NCBI RefSeq assembly: GCF_018350175.1
Contig: NC_058373.1
Span: 113,958,001 to 114,022,000 of the forward strand
Length of the DNA stretch: 64,000 nt
Direction: 5' to 3'
Origin: Felis catus
Lineage: Eukaryota
Part shown: positions 38,921-52,223 of the stretch, one piece after another
Layout: every line of letters starts with the position of its first letter
Position numbering within the stretch: the stretch's first letter is position 1
Made by a program: the position numbers and the translations under genes
Notes under the pieces: generated by a model
What the model saw: only the letters and a program-made list of their open reading frames with translations
What the model was told of the DNA's origin: nothing
Database searches by the model: none

Positions 38921-39240
38921 AAAACAAAACCCCAGCATGATGGATTAAAATTAATCATAGAAACATGTATTAGTGAAGGCTGAGCTATGATATCATTGGA
39001 AAAGTAAAGACTAGAAGTGTTATTTGATAAATGATACTGTATCAGAGTAGCTTCATTAAATGGCACTATCATTTATAGACTAATTTGTCAATTCCTAGGA
39101 CATATCTTAGAGCATTAAAGCAGGAAATGTCTTCATAGTTTTATGGAAGTCTCAAATTGAATGTTTTAGGTCAAAGGTACAATATAAGCAATCTAAAAGT
39201 AATGTTTTCAAGTAGTTTGTAAGCTCGTGATAAATATTAT

Positions 39241-39642
39241 ATTATCTGGGGTCTTCAGTGCAGGTAACAGATCCAGGGGAATTTATTGACTAAGGTAATT
39301 GAGAAGTCTAAGGGGTGGCTATAACTGGGCTTCCAACAATGTATCATTGTTTCTAGTGCTATTTCCATGTCTCTGCTCTGCTTTCCTCCTGTTGATTTTA
39401 ATCTCAGCAGGTTTTGTCACATGGTGACAAAGGGGCTTCCCTGGCCCTCATCACTTAGGGTCTCAAAAGACATGGGGTCCTTTCCAACTGACCCACTGGA
39501 TTACTTGCCTACCCTTGTGGCAGAAAGACAAGAGTGCCAAAGATGGGGCTGGGGCAGTTCTCCAAAGGAAGGGAAGGCTTTCGTTACCAGAAAAGAGGGA
39601 TGGGGTGTTGTACTGGTAGAAAGAGCAGCTGTCCACCCATAC
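39241..39642 (-). mobile_element. MLT1-like MaLR LTR
   Basis: cagtgcaggtaacaga..ggaatttattgact..ctctgctttcctcctgttgattttaatctcag..gttaccagaaaagagggatgg. Confidence 0.55.
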
Positions 39643-39686
39643 ATTACACAAGTGCATGCCAAGTACTTTCACATCCTTGGCAAAAA

Positions 39687-39718
39687 CAAACAAACAAACA
39701 AACAAACAAACAAACAAA
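39687..39718. repeat. (CAAA)8 microsatellite
   Basis: Direct read. Confidence 0.95.
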
Positions 39719-40789
39719 ACCCCCCAAACTTTCACTAATGGAAAAGAAATGACAGCTTCAAATAGTGTAAGAAAAAAAAATTCAAAGTGTTTTTAAATAT
39801 TCTCTCTAGTCCCCAGAAATACAACTAATTGTTACTTCCTCTTTGCTTTCAAATATTTTGCTTACCTCTCTGCTCTGTCACTTGTTATCCTCCTTCTACA
39901 GATCTAGCTTCCTGAAATAGGGTGTGAGCATTTGAAGGCAGAACTTTGTCTTTTATCTCTATCTCCAGTGCCTAGTCTGCTGCCTGGGACACAGAAGCCA
40001 GTTGATGCTTATTGAATGGAATTGGATTCTATCATATGCACTGCTTACAGTAGGAAAAGAATAATTTGTAAAAGTTCACTAGACAAGAACATTAGAGGGA
40101 AAGTCCTTATTCTCCATGAGGAAGGGTTTTCCCTGAGCAACTCTTGGCTTTTCTGCCTCCTCCTCATTTCCTTCTCAGGGAATGTGGAATGGTGCATCTG
40201 ACTGGTAAGTCTGGGGTAAGGAAAGAACTTTTCACATTCAGGTATGGTGTTCTACCAGCCACAGAGGGCCTAGATTGGACCACTGCCCAATGTAGTTTGG
40301 GGGAAGCCTACTGTTGCCCTGCCCCCAAGCCACATCCTCTACTTCCTCTATTCTTTCGATGGGTTCAGAATTCAGGTGGGAAAGGTATAGAATTTAATGT
40401 TCCCCTCAATCTTCATAAAAATGTTTAGAAAGATCCTATTGTTTGTCTTTGAATATGTGCAGAGAATGGATATAAAACAACAACAACAATTCTCTTGGGA
40501 TTTTATATATTATTTATTTATATTCCATCTTTTTCCAAAAGAGATTTAAGATGGCTTCATGTTCAACATGGTAATCTAATCCATGACATTCAAAAGCCAC
40601 AAAGACAGAAAAAATTTTTCAAGACACCCTGAAGCACAACTTCATTTGATATGGTTTCCTAGCCTAGATTATAATCAGGAAGTAACTGATTCCTTTTATT
40701 GTTGTTTTTAAGCAAAAAAAATATCTGATTCCTCATCCTCTATCCCTTCTTATGGTAAACAGCTTCATTGGTTACCCCATTACCAAACC

Positions 40790-41630
40790 CCAATCCTAGG
40801 AATCAACGTAGATTTCCTTTCCTCTCTGCTGCCTCTTCTGCCCCAACATCTATTCCGTGATCAAGATTTCCCTCCTCAGTACCTCTCATATCCCGCCATA
40901 CATCCAGTGTCTAAGTTCACGCCTTGAAGTTGCTCTTGCCTGGACCAATCCAGCCCCCCAGCTTTGTAGTTTTCATTCCCTATTCTGTACTGTAGCCAAA
41001 GTGTTCTTTCCAGTGCAACAGCATGATTGTGTTACTGTTGTGTTTGAAATCCCTCTGTGTCTTTTTACTGCCTCTAGGAGTTAGTCCAAACTCCTTAGCA
41101 TACATACAGGGACCTCAAGGGTCTGGCAGCTGCCGAGTTATCCAGGCATCTCTCTGAATGGTTTTTCTCTTGGCCTCATTTCTCTACCACCCCCCCCTCC
41201 CCCACAAAACACATACACTGGAGCTATTGTGAAGTACTCAGAGTACCTCTTAGGGGCCAGGCTACTTCGCATTTTTGGGTTCCATTGCTGCTCTTCTGCC
41301 TATAATTTGCCTGTTCCAGCCTCTCCTTGCCCCCAAAACTGACTCAGCTTTCAAGACTCAACCAAAGTGCATCTCCTCTCTGAAGCCTTTTTGACAGCTC
41401 GCCCTTAGGAAGAATCAAGCTGTCTCTTCTTTGTGTCTACTTCTGTGCCTTGTTGTCCTGAACACATTTCTTTTTTTCCATGAATTGTTGATGACACTAT
41501 TCTTGCCTCCAGTAGACCAAAAGGTCCCGGGCGCTAAGTCCAAATCATGCCTCTTCGGTTGTCTCTGACACATAACATTTTGCCTGACCCTTGAGCAACA
41601 TCCCATAGATGTTTCTTGACTAAATGCATG
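40790..41630 (+). mobile_element. LINE-2 fragment
   Basis: tccaaactccttagcat, ctttcaagactcaaccaaagtgcatctcctctctgaagcctt, L2-like 3' end. Confidence 0.65.
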
Positions 41631-42705
41631 TTTACATGTGTGAGCGAATAGCAGTGTGGGAATTTTTGTTAGCAGTATTGCCTTGTTTCCTACAACTTTG
41701 AGGATACAAAATTAGCTACTCCCATACAATGGTTAGGGAGCCTTGCATTGCAAAGATGCAGCTTTAAGACACAGACTTGTGAACAGGAGCAGGCTCTGCT
41801 TTATAGTAATTTCAGCTGCTGATGTTAGCAGCCTCTGTTCCTTGTAGAGTTGAGAGGGCTGTTGGTCACTATTGGTCTTTATCTTATAAACACCCACACA
41901 GAAGGATTGCATGGGAGCCCAAGCAGAGGATATCTGTGTGTATTGAGAGAGGATTTTAAAGCTTTAGAGAGCCTCATCTTTCTGGAGTAGTTTAACTATT
42001 CATCTCCCCGGGGAAGAGACAAAATCACTGAATTAGCTCAATATTCCATCCAGGCTTTGAAAACCAACAGGGCAAGAGAGACGTTAAAAAGCAAAAATTG
42101 TTGACAGAGTCAGCAAGTATTTACTAAGTGACTATTGCATGGCCCATGCTGCAGAAGAGCAGGGAAAAGGACATTCCTTGGAGAGTTTACAGTCCATAGT
42201 TATTAATGTCACTGGAACAAATATGCCTTAGATGATAGGTTCTCATGACAAGTGTAGACTACCTTTATTTTTTTAATTACATAAAAAATGTGAAATAGTC
42301 TGCAAAGCACCATTTTCTTACAGTTTATAATGGCTGAAAAATGAAGAGTCCAAGGTATGCTCACGGTCTAAATCCGGGATTGCAGCTCAGTGCCCACTGG
42401 ATCACAGTCATACAACATTTTCGAATTCAGGAAATTTTTAATAAGAATTAAGATTTCTTACTTGTGGTTTCTGCCTGGCTCTTAAATCCATTTGACTTTG
42501 TGATCTCAGGTCTAAATGATTCACACATGACTTAGTGGTTTGGGGAAAACTGTACAAAGGCTTTCAACTTTGGATAAGTGGATTCTCATATAAACACAAA
42601 GAATATTTAACTAATTTGTGAGTTCCTAGGCATAAAGCAGAGGTTTCTTTAAAAACAGACCAAGAAAAATGAAGATTAATCTTGCCTTTGTTTCATGGAT
42701 TAGAT

Positions 42706-43030
42706 CTGGGATCGACAAACCTTTCTGTAAAGGGCCAGATAATAAATATTTTAGGTTTCACATTGCAGGTCATGTGGTATTGGCTGCAGCTCGTCTGCCA
42801 TTTTAGTGTGAAAGCAGCCATAGACAACAGAAGAACAGATAAGCATGGCTGTGTCCAATAAAACTTTATGAACATGAAAGTTGAATTTCATATAATTTTC
42901 ATGTCACAATTTTTTTTTGGTCTCTTTTTCCCCCCAACTATTATTTAAAACTGTGAAAACTTCTTAGCTCATGGGCCATTTCAAAAACAAGAGACAGGCT
43001 TCGTTTGGCCCACAGGCAGGACGTTGGATG
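42706..43030 (+). mobile_element. hAT-Charlie MITE, MER58B-like
   Basis: caaacctttctgtaaagggccagataataaatattttagg..aaagcagccatagacaa..gcatggctgtgtccaataaaactttat..gaatttcatataattttcatg..tttggcccacagg. Confidence 0.85.
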
Positions 43031-43431
43031 ATTGTCACTACAAAATCTTGGTCTTGGGCTTTTTAGACCTGACTAGCCTGAAGGGAACAAGCTAGGGTGT
43101 TCTGCCCTCTGTAGAGTGCAAGGGAATTCTCCTTTCCTCACTTTTTCATATTCAGAGGGGGCTGGGTGGATGTCTTGCTTGAACATGCAAGTAGTGCCCA
43201 GTTGCTCACCTTGCATTTCCCAAAGCCTCAGAGGCCAGTCTACATTTCAGACAGCCCAGGTGATGAGAGAGCCTTGTGTTTTCCATGAGGAACTCTATCC
43301 CTAAGCATCTGTATCCCAGCTATACTTATGCATGGAAAAGGCTAAAATCTATTAATATCCTAGCTAGAAAGAAAACTATAAAATTACACATATATGCAAG
43401 CTTGTGTGTATTCTGCAGTTCAAAGTGTAGT

Positions 43432-43435
<4 letters not shown>

Positions 43436-43467
<32 letters not shown>
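43436..43467. repeat. A32 homopolymer
   Basis: Direct read. Confidence 0.95.
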
Positions 43468-43471
<4 letters not shown>

Positions 43472-44719
43472 ATGCATGCTATTGCACTGGGAGGAAATCG
43501 GTGTCTTTGAAATCAAATACCCTCCCATTGGCATATCCAGGCTTGAAACCCTGCTGCAGCTTTTAGCTTCCACCACATGTTTACATTGGAAATCTCTCTG
43601 TGCGCATATAGAGTTTGTTCTCTTATGAAATCATGTCTCTAGGGAAGGATAATTTAAAGCCATTTCCGTTTGTTATGTCTGAGCTGAACTAGACTATTAG
43701 GGCTTGTTAACGCTGGATAAACTTGAGCCCTATAACTGCCTTCATCTGCAGATTATAGAATCTGTCCAACAAATTGCATTCTGATGTTTTCAGATGAAGG
43801 CTGAGCAAGCAAGGGCCTTTTAATTTATTTTCTATCACCATGGTTGTCTTAGGAATCACAGATTTGACTCTCATGCCTACTTGGGACAGCGTAGATGATA
43901 TAACTTGGATGGGCCAAATCCAGAAGTAACTGAGACACTAAACGACATCTGCATGCTGCTATAGCGGAGCAAGCAACGGCTGGCAGTCAGAACTGCTGGC
44001 GAAGCATCTTTCTTCAGAGTGTCTCCCTTCCCCCAGTCTTAGCATAAATCAGGGTTAGGTCCACTGAAATAGCGTGTGTGGTCTGCATTTAGAAATTTCA
44101 TTTGAAAATTATATTGTGGCAACCATGAGACAGATGGGTAGAGTAAAACAAGTTTTCTTTAGGCTCATGTTAAGTAAATAGAATTAAGTGAAGATAGACA
44201 GTTTCCCTGATGGAGTGAAGGGGAGGTGATGGTTGCCCCAGGGTATCTAACTCCCTCTGCCTCCATTCATCAAACCTGCTAAACACACTTACTCTACTGC
44301 TGACATTTAAGAATTTGGCTTATTATGATCCTTCATTTTAGAGAGTGTGATACTAGAAGATTGAAATTGCACCCATTCGACTTATTTAAAAAAAAATCTA
44401 GTAGAACTGCCCGCATAATTTCAAGAAAGTCTTAAGTAGGATGGCACTGGGCAGTGGTGTGCCTGTACCCTGTGGCACCTCCCAGTTTTAGAAAAGAAAT
44501 CTTCCCTCCATGGCCCCAAACTTATTAACAGCCTTATTCAGCCTTAGCTGAATTCAGTTCTTTCCAGTAAACCTGTGGAAGGAAGGCACTGTCTTAAGCC
44601 CAGAAGTTGGTGGTGGTGGTAGGAGAGGGTGGAGGTGGCATTGTCTAACCCTGATTTAGACAAAGAAAACATGGACCATTTCAAAAGGTGACTGTGTATA
44701 TAAATCACCCTAATCAAGT

Positions 44720-45730
44720 CCAGACTCAAAGAATGCCAGAAATGAAGGGAAGGAACTGAACAGTGACATTTAAACGAAGCTTTGAGTGAGAATTATGGAT
44801 TTGACCAACAGGAGGAAGAAGAATCTGCTAGACTGTGATAATAGCATAAATGAAATTCCCAAAGTAGAAAAGTTCAGAATTGTGTTCAAGGAGCATTGAA
44901 ATCCGCCCTCCCCCTGCTTGCTTCCTTTCCTCTTTTCTTTATTCAATAATTATTCAATAATTCAATAATTCAATAATTATTTAATGATTATTGTCTAAAG
45001 GAGGAGACAGCCCAATGTACACGACAGGTGACAGTTGTGATCTTTACCTTAAACGACAGTGTGCATTGGCTAAGAGAGAACATTACAGGAGAATTCTACA
45101 TAGTTTTCAGGGAGATATCCTGCAGCGAGAAGGGCGAGTAGGCATTGGTTACAGAGCATTGCATGAAAACAGGTCAGAGTGCACACCACCTGTCTAAGAC
45201 ACCGTGAGGGTGAGGCTATGTGCTGTCTTAGGTGAGGCTGCCTGGAGAGTCAGGGAGCACACCAGGGTGGGGAATTTGTCCTTATTCTAGGAGCAAAGGG
45301 AAGCCATTGACTTGTTTCAAGCAAGGAGTGGGTTGAAGTGATAAGATTTGCTTTTTGGAAAGGTCACTCTGCAATGTAAAGAATTAGAGGCATAGAGAGA
45401 GGGGCAGGAAGTCCCACTGGGAGGCAGATGAGATCTTCCAGGTGGCATATATTCTGGTTGTATGCACTGGGGTAATGGTGGTGGGGATGAAGTGAAGGGA
45501 ATGAATTTGAGGGCTGATTATGAGCGTGGCATTGGACACAATGATTTTGACACTAAAAAGATATACCAGGAAGATATAGGGGTTGGGTGGAGATACACAT
45601 TTGAGAGTTATCTCCCTGTAGATGGTAATCCAACCGTGAGTGTGGATGAATAAATGTCAGGTGAACAAATGAGTGATAGAATAAGTCAGTGGATGAGACT
45701 GGGTGAGGAAAGAACATAGAATAAGAAGAG
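44720..45730 (-). mobile_element. LINE-2 fragments, including a (TTCAATAA)n expansion at 44941-44980
   Basis: cttattctaggagcaaagggaagccattga, tttggaaaggtcactctg, tgcactggggtaatggtggtggggatga, tgagtgtggatga motifs. Confidence 0.6.
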
Positions 45731-48119
45731 AGCAGTATGATGCTGTATTTCTGTAACTATTCATTATTGTTGTGAGGACGCCAAAGCAAATTATTTGTCC
45801 CATAGCTATTTCTCATGCCTCATATGGACATATTTTGAAAGCTAACAAATACTTGGAAAGTGATCAGATCATTCCCTTGTCCACATGGAAACAAACACCT
45901 CTCCTAAAACCTTATAACTTACAGGTGGGTGGGCTCTAAGAGTTCACACTGAAGATGGTCATTTGGATTATAAAACACTGTTCCCCAAAGAAGCATGTAG
46001 GTTCCTAGGCTGATGCCACCAGAGTCCCTGATTGACCCCAACTGACCAGGGCCCTTTCTAAGAGACATTATGTTCAATAATATATTGGGTTACCAGCACA
46101 GCTTCCCCTCACTGCTGCCTTGGGCATGGGCCTGGGAACCCTTCTCCATTCTCCGCCCATCCCCCTCACCAGACATGAGAGACAGGATTGCCTACCTTGT
46201 TGTCACTGGGAGGGGCCTGCTGGCTTCAGAGGGGGAGTTCCAGGGGTTTCTGGGAACCCCTACCAGTGCAAGCTCTCGAAGACTCTTCTAGGTTCTAGAT
46301 CTGCATTTGAACCCATTCACCCCTTTGTATCCTTTCTGAGGACTCCAAGAATTGTCCTGCTTCTGTGTGCCTTGCTTGTACTGTCAGCAGGTAGGAATCT
46401 GATGGGGTCAGGAGGAGAGATATAAAGGGGAGGGTGGAGATGGCGCTGTGTCTTTCCCCATGCTTAGCCTACAAATTATTGTCATAAAACTTTTCTCATC
46501 TTTCTAGTTCCTAAAGCAAGCACACACAACTCTTTGGAAGTTTCTAAGGTTTTTTATTACTAGCAATATCAGAAAGCAGGTGGAGAGCAGAACTCCCTCT
46601 GGCCTCTTCCCTAGCCTCTCCTTATTTTGAATTGTTTTCTTGAGGCCTAGGATGAACACATATCCCAATTTCTGAGGCCTGCCCTGGTTTATGGCTAGTG
46701 TCTTGGCATAATTGCCAGGAGCACCTCCTTTCTTTACAAATATAGGAGATCAATTATGGTCTCCCTTACCAGGGAGAAAGATAAAGTGATACATTGATGG
46801 TAGTGGTGGAGTCACAAAAGATTGGAAGCATCCCATTCTAGTGCAATCACGTGAACCTCAGGGGCTTCCTTGGCACTTGGGCAAGATGAGATCAAAAAGC
46901 AGGGAAGAGAAGGGTGGGTTTCCAGGCAGCCATAGGGCCAACAGCAGAGGATAAAAATTTGGAAGCAGAGGTGGAGCCAGGTTATAACAGAACAAAGAAT
47001 GGTGTGTTGAAGGCCATGGTCCTGGGCCACTGTTGTCTGGTTGTGGCAGCAAGGGGAGCAGAGCGCAGAACTGTCAACATTTCACTGAAAATTTGTGTGA
47101 GAAGTTGCCACTTTGGGAGAATGGTTCAGGAAGACTTTCCCTGTGTCCACATAACTGTGTTTCTAATAATAGGTTTCTGGGAACCTCGGGCCACCCCACT
47201 GGCATAACCATGTGGGGTAACCCAAGCCCACAGGTCTCTAAGGGATGTACTCAAATCATGTGTACACAGTATGAGAACCACCTGTGATGTTAAACAAACT
47301 AACAAATATATGACCCTTTCTCATCACCACTTCCATGAAACAAAAAAACTACTTAGAAGTGTTGACTATAATGGTAATGTTTTCTTAACAAAGAGATTAC
47401 TTGTAGTGAAGAACTTAGAAAAAGGAGCCATAGTCACTACTATTTTGGTACCATGTGGGTAGTGTGTCTATTATTAGGTCTTTTGCATATTCTAATAATG
47501 GTATAAACTAGAAAAATGAAGTTGTTGCTCCTGGGTACTCAGAAGCTTAACAGCCCCCAGACCTTATGCTGTCTGGTGGGGAATGTGTGTATCAATCCTT
47601 GGGAAGCTGCAGGCTAACCTCACTCGGTGGTGAACTCAGGACTGAATTTTGAATTCAGAGCCCCATTTCAGGCTCTGAGGTCTGAAATGCCTTTGCGTAA
47701 GCCTCTTGGTCTCAGAGTGACCCAGTTTCCTTTTCTGTATAAGGAGAACGTGATCCCAGTATGAGAGTAGTAGCTGAATAGCTTTCAGCATTTGGGAAAA
47801 ATTCCAGTGAAGGGTGTGAGCTCTCCATCTGTTGCGGGGGGGCCTGTGATGCACGGCGAAGAGGACTCTCTCATCACTGGAAGGGTGCAGGCAGCCACTG
47901 AATGGACCCTGCTCGGGAAAAGCGGAGATGCACTCCTGTTTTGGTGATACCAGTGCAAATATGTTTTTACATCCCACTTCTTATTTTGCCTGTTTTTTGG
48001 AAACACAGCTTTTTTTGTTTGCCTCTTTGTACTACATAAAGAAAATGTTAGAACAATTCTTACTAATCTCCAAAGTCAGCTGCGTGTTCATATAAAGAAT
48101 ACCCTTATCAATTAGAGTG

Positions 48120-48520
48120 GCCACCTATGATTTTCCATTAAACAGCTGTGTATTTCCCAATTGTTGGTTATTTGGGGTTTTTTCTGTCTTTACTATCATA
48201 AAAAAACATTGTAATGAGTATCTTTTTACATGCAGATTTCCAAACATGTCTGTCTCTTTGGATACATTCCTGAGGTGATATTGATGGGTCATATGCATGT
48301 TTCTGTTTCTATATGTATTGCCAAACTACCTGTCAGGAAGGTATCAATTTGCATGCCTACCCTGGGGGTTACATGTGTTTTCAATCTTTGTGAACCTCTT
48401 ATATGAAAATGATATCTTATAGTTGATTGCATTTGTTTTCCTTTGATTGCTAGAGAGATTGAGCATCTTTTGTATGTATATTGCCTGTTTGTATTTTGCC
48501 TATTGTGACTTACTTGTTTA
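48120..48520 (-). mobile_element. Old L1 fragment (ORF2 C-terminal region relic)
   Basis: Minus-strand ORF 48289-48549 contains KRCSISLAIKGKQMQSTIRYH, resembling L1 ORF2p KKCSSSLAIREMQIKTTMRYH. Confidence 0.75.
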
Positions 48521-50231
48521 GTGCAGTTTGAAAGCTCTGGGAGTGTCATGGTCTGGTTGGTCCGTGGAATGCAGGATCTGGACCATAAATTATTCTTCGG
48601 TTAGATTGCATGATATGAAAGCCTATAGTAAAGAAATTTTGCAAAGCCATTAGAAAGCTATTTTAAGAATATTCTATGATTTACTATACCATGACATTTG
48701 AGAATCCTTCACAAAAGAGGGATAGACACCAATTCTGGAGAAGGTGTCCCTGGGCTCTGCCCCTCTGCTGCGGCCCTAGCATTCTTGGAAAGCTCTCGGT
48801 AGAGGAACCGCTGCAGCAGCCAAGAGTACCCCACCTGCCTGAAGCTGCATAGGCCAGCCTCTCTTGAGTTTTATGATGCATCTGAAATGAAGTTTTACTG
48901 CATCCTCTCTCCAACCCACGAAAGACCATAGGGGTAGAAAAGAAAAACAGAACCCACCAACAGGAACAAGCAGATCTGTCCGAGAGTGGGGAACCGGTTA
49001 CCCCGTGGGGCAGTGGGAGAGTAAACTAGAAAAGACATAAAGCACACCTCGCTTTAATCCCTTCCATCCGCCCAGAGTCCCCAGAAAGCTCATAAAGTCT
49101 CCCTTTCTGGGTGATTGGATTCCTTTAGCTCATGGGAAGGCAGCATGTTTTGTTGTTTTGGGAAAGGGCTCCGAGGGAGCTGGGGGTGGGGTGGGGGAGG
49201 AGAATGGCAATCACTGGGGGTGAATGAAAACGAAGCCCCCTCTCTCCTGGCTTCAAGGTGGTGAGTGGTAAACACAACAGCTGCTGCCTGAAAACACATG
49301 GGGGCTGGGGCAGCGGCAGGCAGCCGCCTTTCAGCAGGGCCCAGCAATTACCTCCCTCGGAAGCCATGCATATCTGTGCGTTTTTTCACCTTTTGAGGGC
49401 TCCTCTTGGCTAACTCAAAGGAATCATTTTGAATGCTGCTGGCAAAAATGTTGCTGAAAGTTGTGGGTGGTGGGTGGTGTGTTTTTTATTTCTCTAAAAA
49501 GAGTGGTTGTTCATCTCTGCCAGTATTTAGAAGCTGGAACTGTCTGTTCTTTTTGTTTGAAATAGACTTTAGAGACCAGTCCTTTCAGAGACTGGGAGAA
49601 GGAAAAAGGAGGGAAAAAAAACACAACTCTCTGGATACTTTTTACTTGTTTACTTTTGACCTTTCTCTGTGTTTGCAGGCTGTAGGAGAACCCTGGTCAG
49701 CCTGGCCTGGACTTCTCTGTCTCGAACAACAAACACTCAAACAATCCCCCCTCCCCAAATTCTCTGGCAGTTAAAAGAAGAACCTCCTAAAACTTGTCTA
49801 GCCTACGTATTCTTGAACTCTTGGTGAAGGTGGAGGAGAAAATGCTTTTCCTCCTTCTCCTCCATCCAGTGGCCCAGCCACCCTTCCAGGCCTTGTCTTA
49901 CTGTTCTTCACTCCTCCCCCAAACCCACTCCTCAACTCTGCTGCTTCCCAGCTCGCAGGGCCGCAGGGCAGCAGGGCCGCAGGGCGGCCTTTTGGGCTTC
50001 TCTACTTCGCAAGTGCCACTGCCTTTCCTGGAATGCTTCCTCTCCACCCTTGGCTAGGGGTGGGGTGGCCGGGGGGAGTCCTCTGTCGTATAAGGCTGCC
50101 CTAAATGCACTGAGCCTTCCTTCCATGGCTGACATCCTTGAAAGCAGGGAGCAACCTGGAATGTCTAACACAAAGCCTGTGTCACTGGTGGCAGCAGTGG
50201 TATTGGTATTAGCAGCAGCAGTAGTGATGGG

Positions 50232-50475
50232 AATAATAGTGATACGTTTTGGGCATGCGCCACGTGCTAGACACTGTCCCATGTGTTTCTCACATGTATC
50301 ATCCCTAATCCTCCCAATTACCCTACATCATAGATGGTATCATCTCCAGTTTATAGACGAGGAAATTGAGGCTTAGGAGTTAAGAAACTCTGCCAAGATC
50401 ATCATCTAGCTGACAAATGACTGGACCAAAGTTGGAATCCAGATCTTACTCATTTCCACTCTATCTCATGGCCTC
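50232..50475 (-). mobile_element. MIR SINE
   Basis: catctccagtttatagacgaggaaattgaggcttaggagttaag core. Confidence 0.8.
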
Positions 50476-50924
50476 TTATTAGATGCTCAGTAAATATCTG
50501 TTGATGAATGAAAGGTCCGGAGATTGTTTTCTGAGCCTGGGGAAATCTTTCTGGGAATGTCAAGGCCATGGCTTTTACACCTGGTCCTTTAACTGGGTTC
50601 CCTAGGCCCTTAGTTTTTCTTCTTCTATTCCTGATATCATCCTGTCTCCTGTTTTCTGTCTAAGAATCATACCCTCTCATCATGTTTTAGCTCTAGGGCT
50701 GGGGATGGAACAAGGTATAGCCTCCTTGTCTCACATACCTACTTTTCCTTGAACTAGCCCTTATTTCCCTGATCTCATTTTAGTCACCCCAAAGATAATT
50801 AGGCTAAATTAAATGAAGTCACTGTTTTTATAGATCCAGAACAGTTGAAGATCAGTCCTATCATATGGGTCAAACTAATAGAGCACCTCTGTCAGAGGCC
50901 TGAAGGAGAAGCCTGCAAACTTCC

Positions 50925-51290
50925 CTCATGGACTTGTTGTAAGAATTAAATACGTATAATACATAAAAATGACCACTAGTGCCTGGTATGTAGTAAATTC
51001 CCGAAAAGGTAAATATTAGCTCTTGTCACTATTTTTATTAATCCTTGAATGGGATACTAAAATTCCTAAAAGAGGGTGAGACTAGGGGAAATACATTCAT
51101 TAATATTAAAATTAGTACAGCTAATATTTAATTACTATATATATGGCAAGCACTGTGATAAGGATTATTCATGTATTGACTCATATTCTCATAACATAAT
51201 TATAATTCTCACAACAATCTGATGATGTGGGTACCACCCCAGCCTCGTCTCACAGGTAGGGAGGTGGAGACAACAGGGAGGTTAATTTGG
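50925..51290. mobile_element. Two MIR fragments in opposite orientation (+ ~50925-51040; - ~51114-51290)
   Basis: ttgttgtaagaattaaat..gtgcctggtatgtagtaa, then ggcaagcactgtgataag..ttctcacaacaatctgatga. Confidence 0.6.
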
Positions 51291-51829
51291 GGAGCTTGGG
51301 GTCCAGTTTCTGGTCCTGGCCTGTACTCTTTCATAAATCACCCCCACACTGAAACATAGTAAGCCCAAGGCCTACTGGAAGCCTAATAGTAAAGGAATAC
51401 ACCAAATCCTTCTCATTCTTATCTCTAATTTTTATTTTCCCGGGACTCGAGTGTGTCTGTGAAAGGCCCTGTTGCTGTGTCCTTGTACAGTCCCAGACAC
51501 CACCGAGAGGAGGGAGGGCAACCCAGGGAAGCCGGCATTCCTGGGAAGCAGCTCAACATGGGCAGGACCTCTGTGCACCAAACCCAGTTCTTCCAAACCA
51601 GTATTTCCCAGTTGCCAGCCTGCTGCAACAACCCGTATTACCACAGCTGAGGCTGTTTGGTAAGGAAAGGTTTTCGGCACAAAATTGTTTCTCATATTCA
51701 CCTAACTTACCACTCTTGTTCCCCTTGAGACTGCAAAACACCATGCATGCCTCCCTCTTTATAAAGGCCAAAACAAATCCTAGAGACGAACACAATATTT
51801 GCAGTTCTTTTTCAAAAATGGGTACTGTG

Positions 51830-52035
51830 GGGTTGCCTGGCTGGCTCAGTTGGTTAAGCATACGACTCTTGGTTTCCACTCATGGAAACCATGATCTCAT
51901 GGTTTCATGAGTTCAAGCCCCATGTTGGGCTCTGAGCTGGCAGTATGGTGCCTGCTTAGAATTCTCTCTCTGCCTCTACCTCTCCCCAACTCACGCTGTC
52001 TCTGTCTGTCTCAAAATAGATGAATAAACTTTAAA
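51830..52035 (+). mobile_element. Can-SINE (diverged)
   Basis: gcctggctggctcagttggttaagc head, CT tract, A tail; TSD aaaaatg(g)gtactgtg 51814-51829 / 52036-52050. Confidence 0.93.
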
Positions 52036-52223
52036 AAAAATGGTACTGTGCACCAAGTAAATATTTGGTGAATGAACATAGGTGATTAAATAGTCAGTAA
52101 AAAGAAATGTATACAGCCATACTCTACGTATTTGCATAGGAAGTGCATGCATATATACAAGAAATTTCGTATGTAAACTTCATGGTGCAGTTATATGTGT
52201 ATATGTGTTAATATATAATTTCT

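Noticed and set aside
44941..44980. CRISPR-like or other prokaryotic repeat arrays
   Set aside because: Only simple tandem repeats without spacers; the sequence is mammalian
46790..47290. Possible ancient LTR (also ~33600-33900)
   Set aside because: Vaguely LTR-like composition, but I could not identify termini or a family
50050..50376. 108-aa ORF with a hydrophobic, TM-like segment
   Set aside because: TTG start; the hydrophobic run comes from low-complexity gca/gtg/gta triplets and the rest from a MIR
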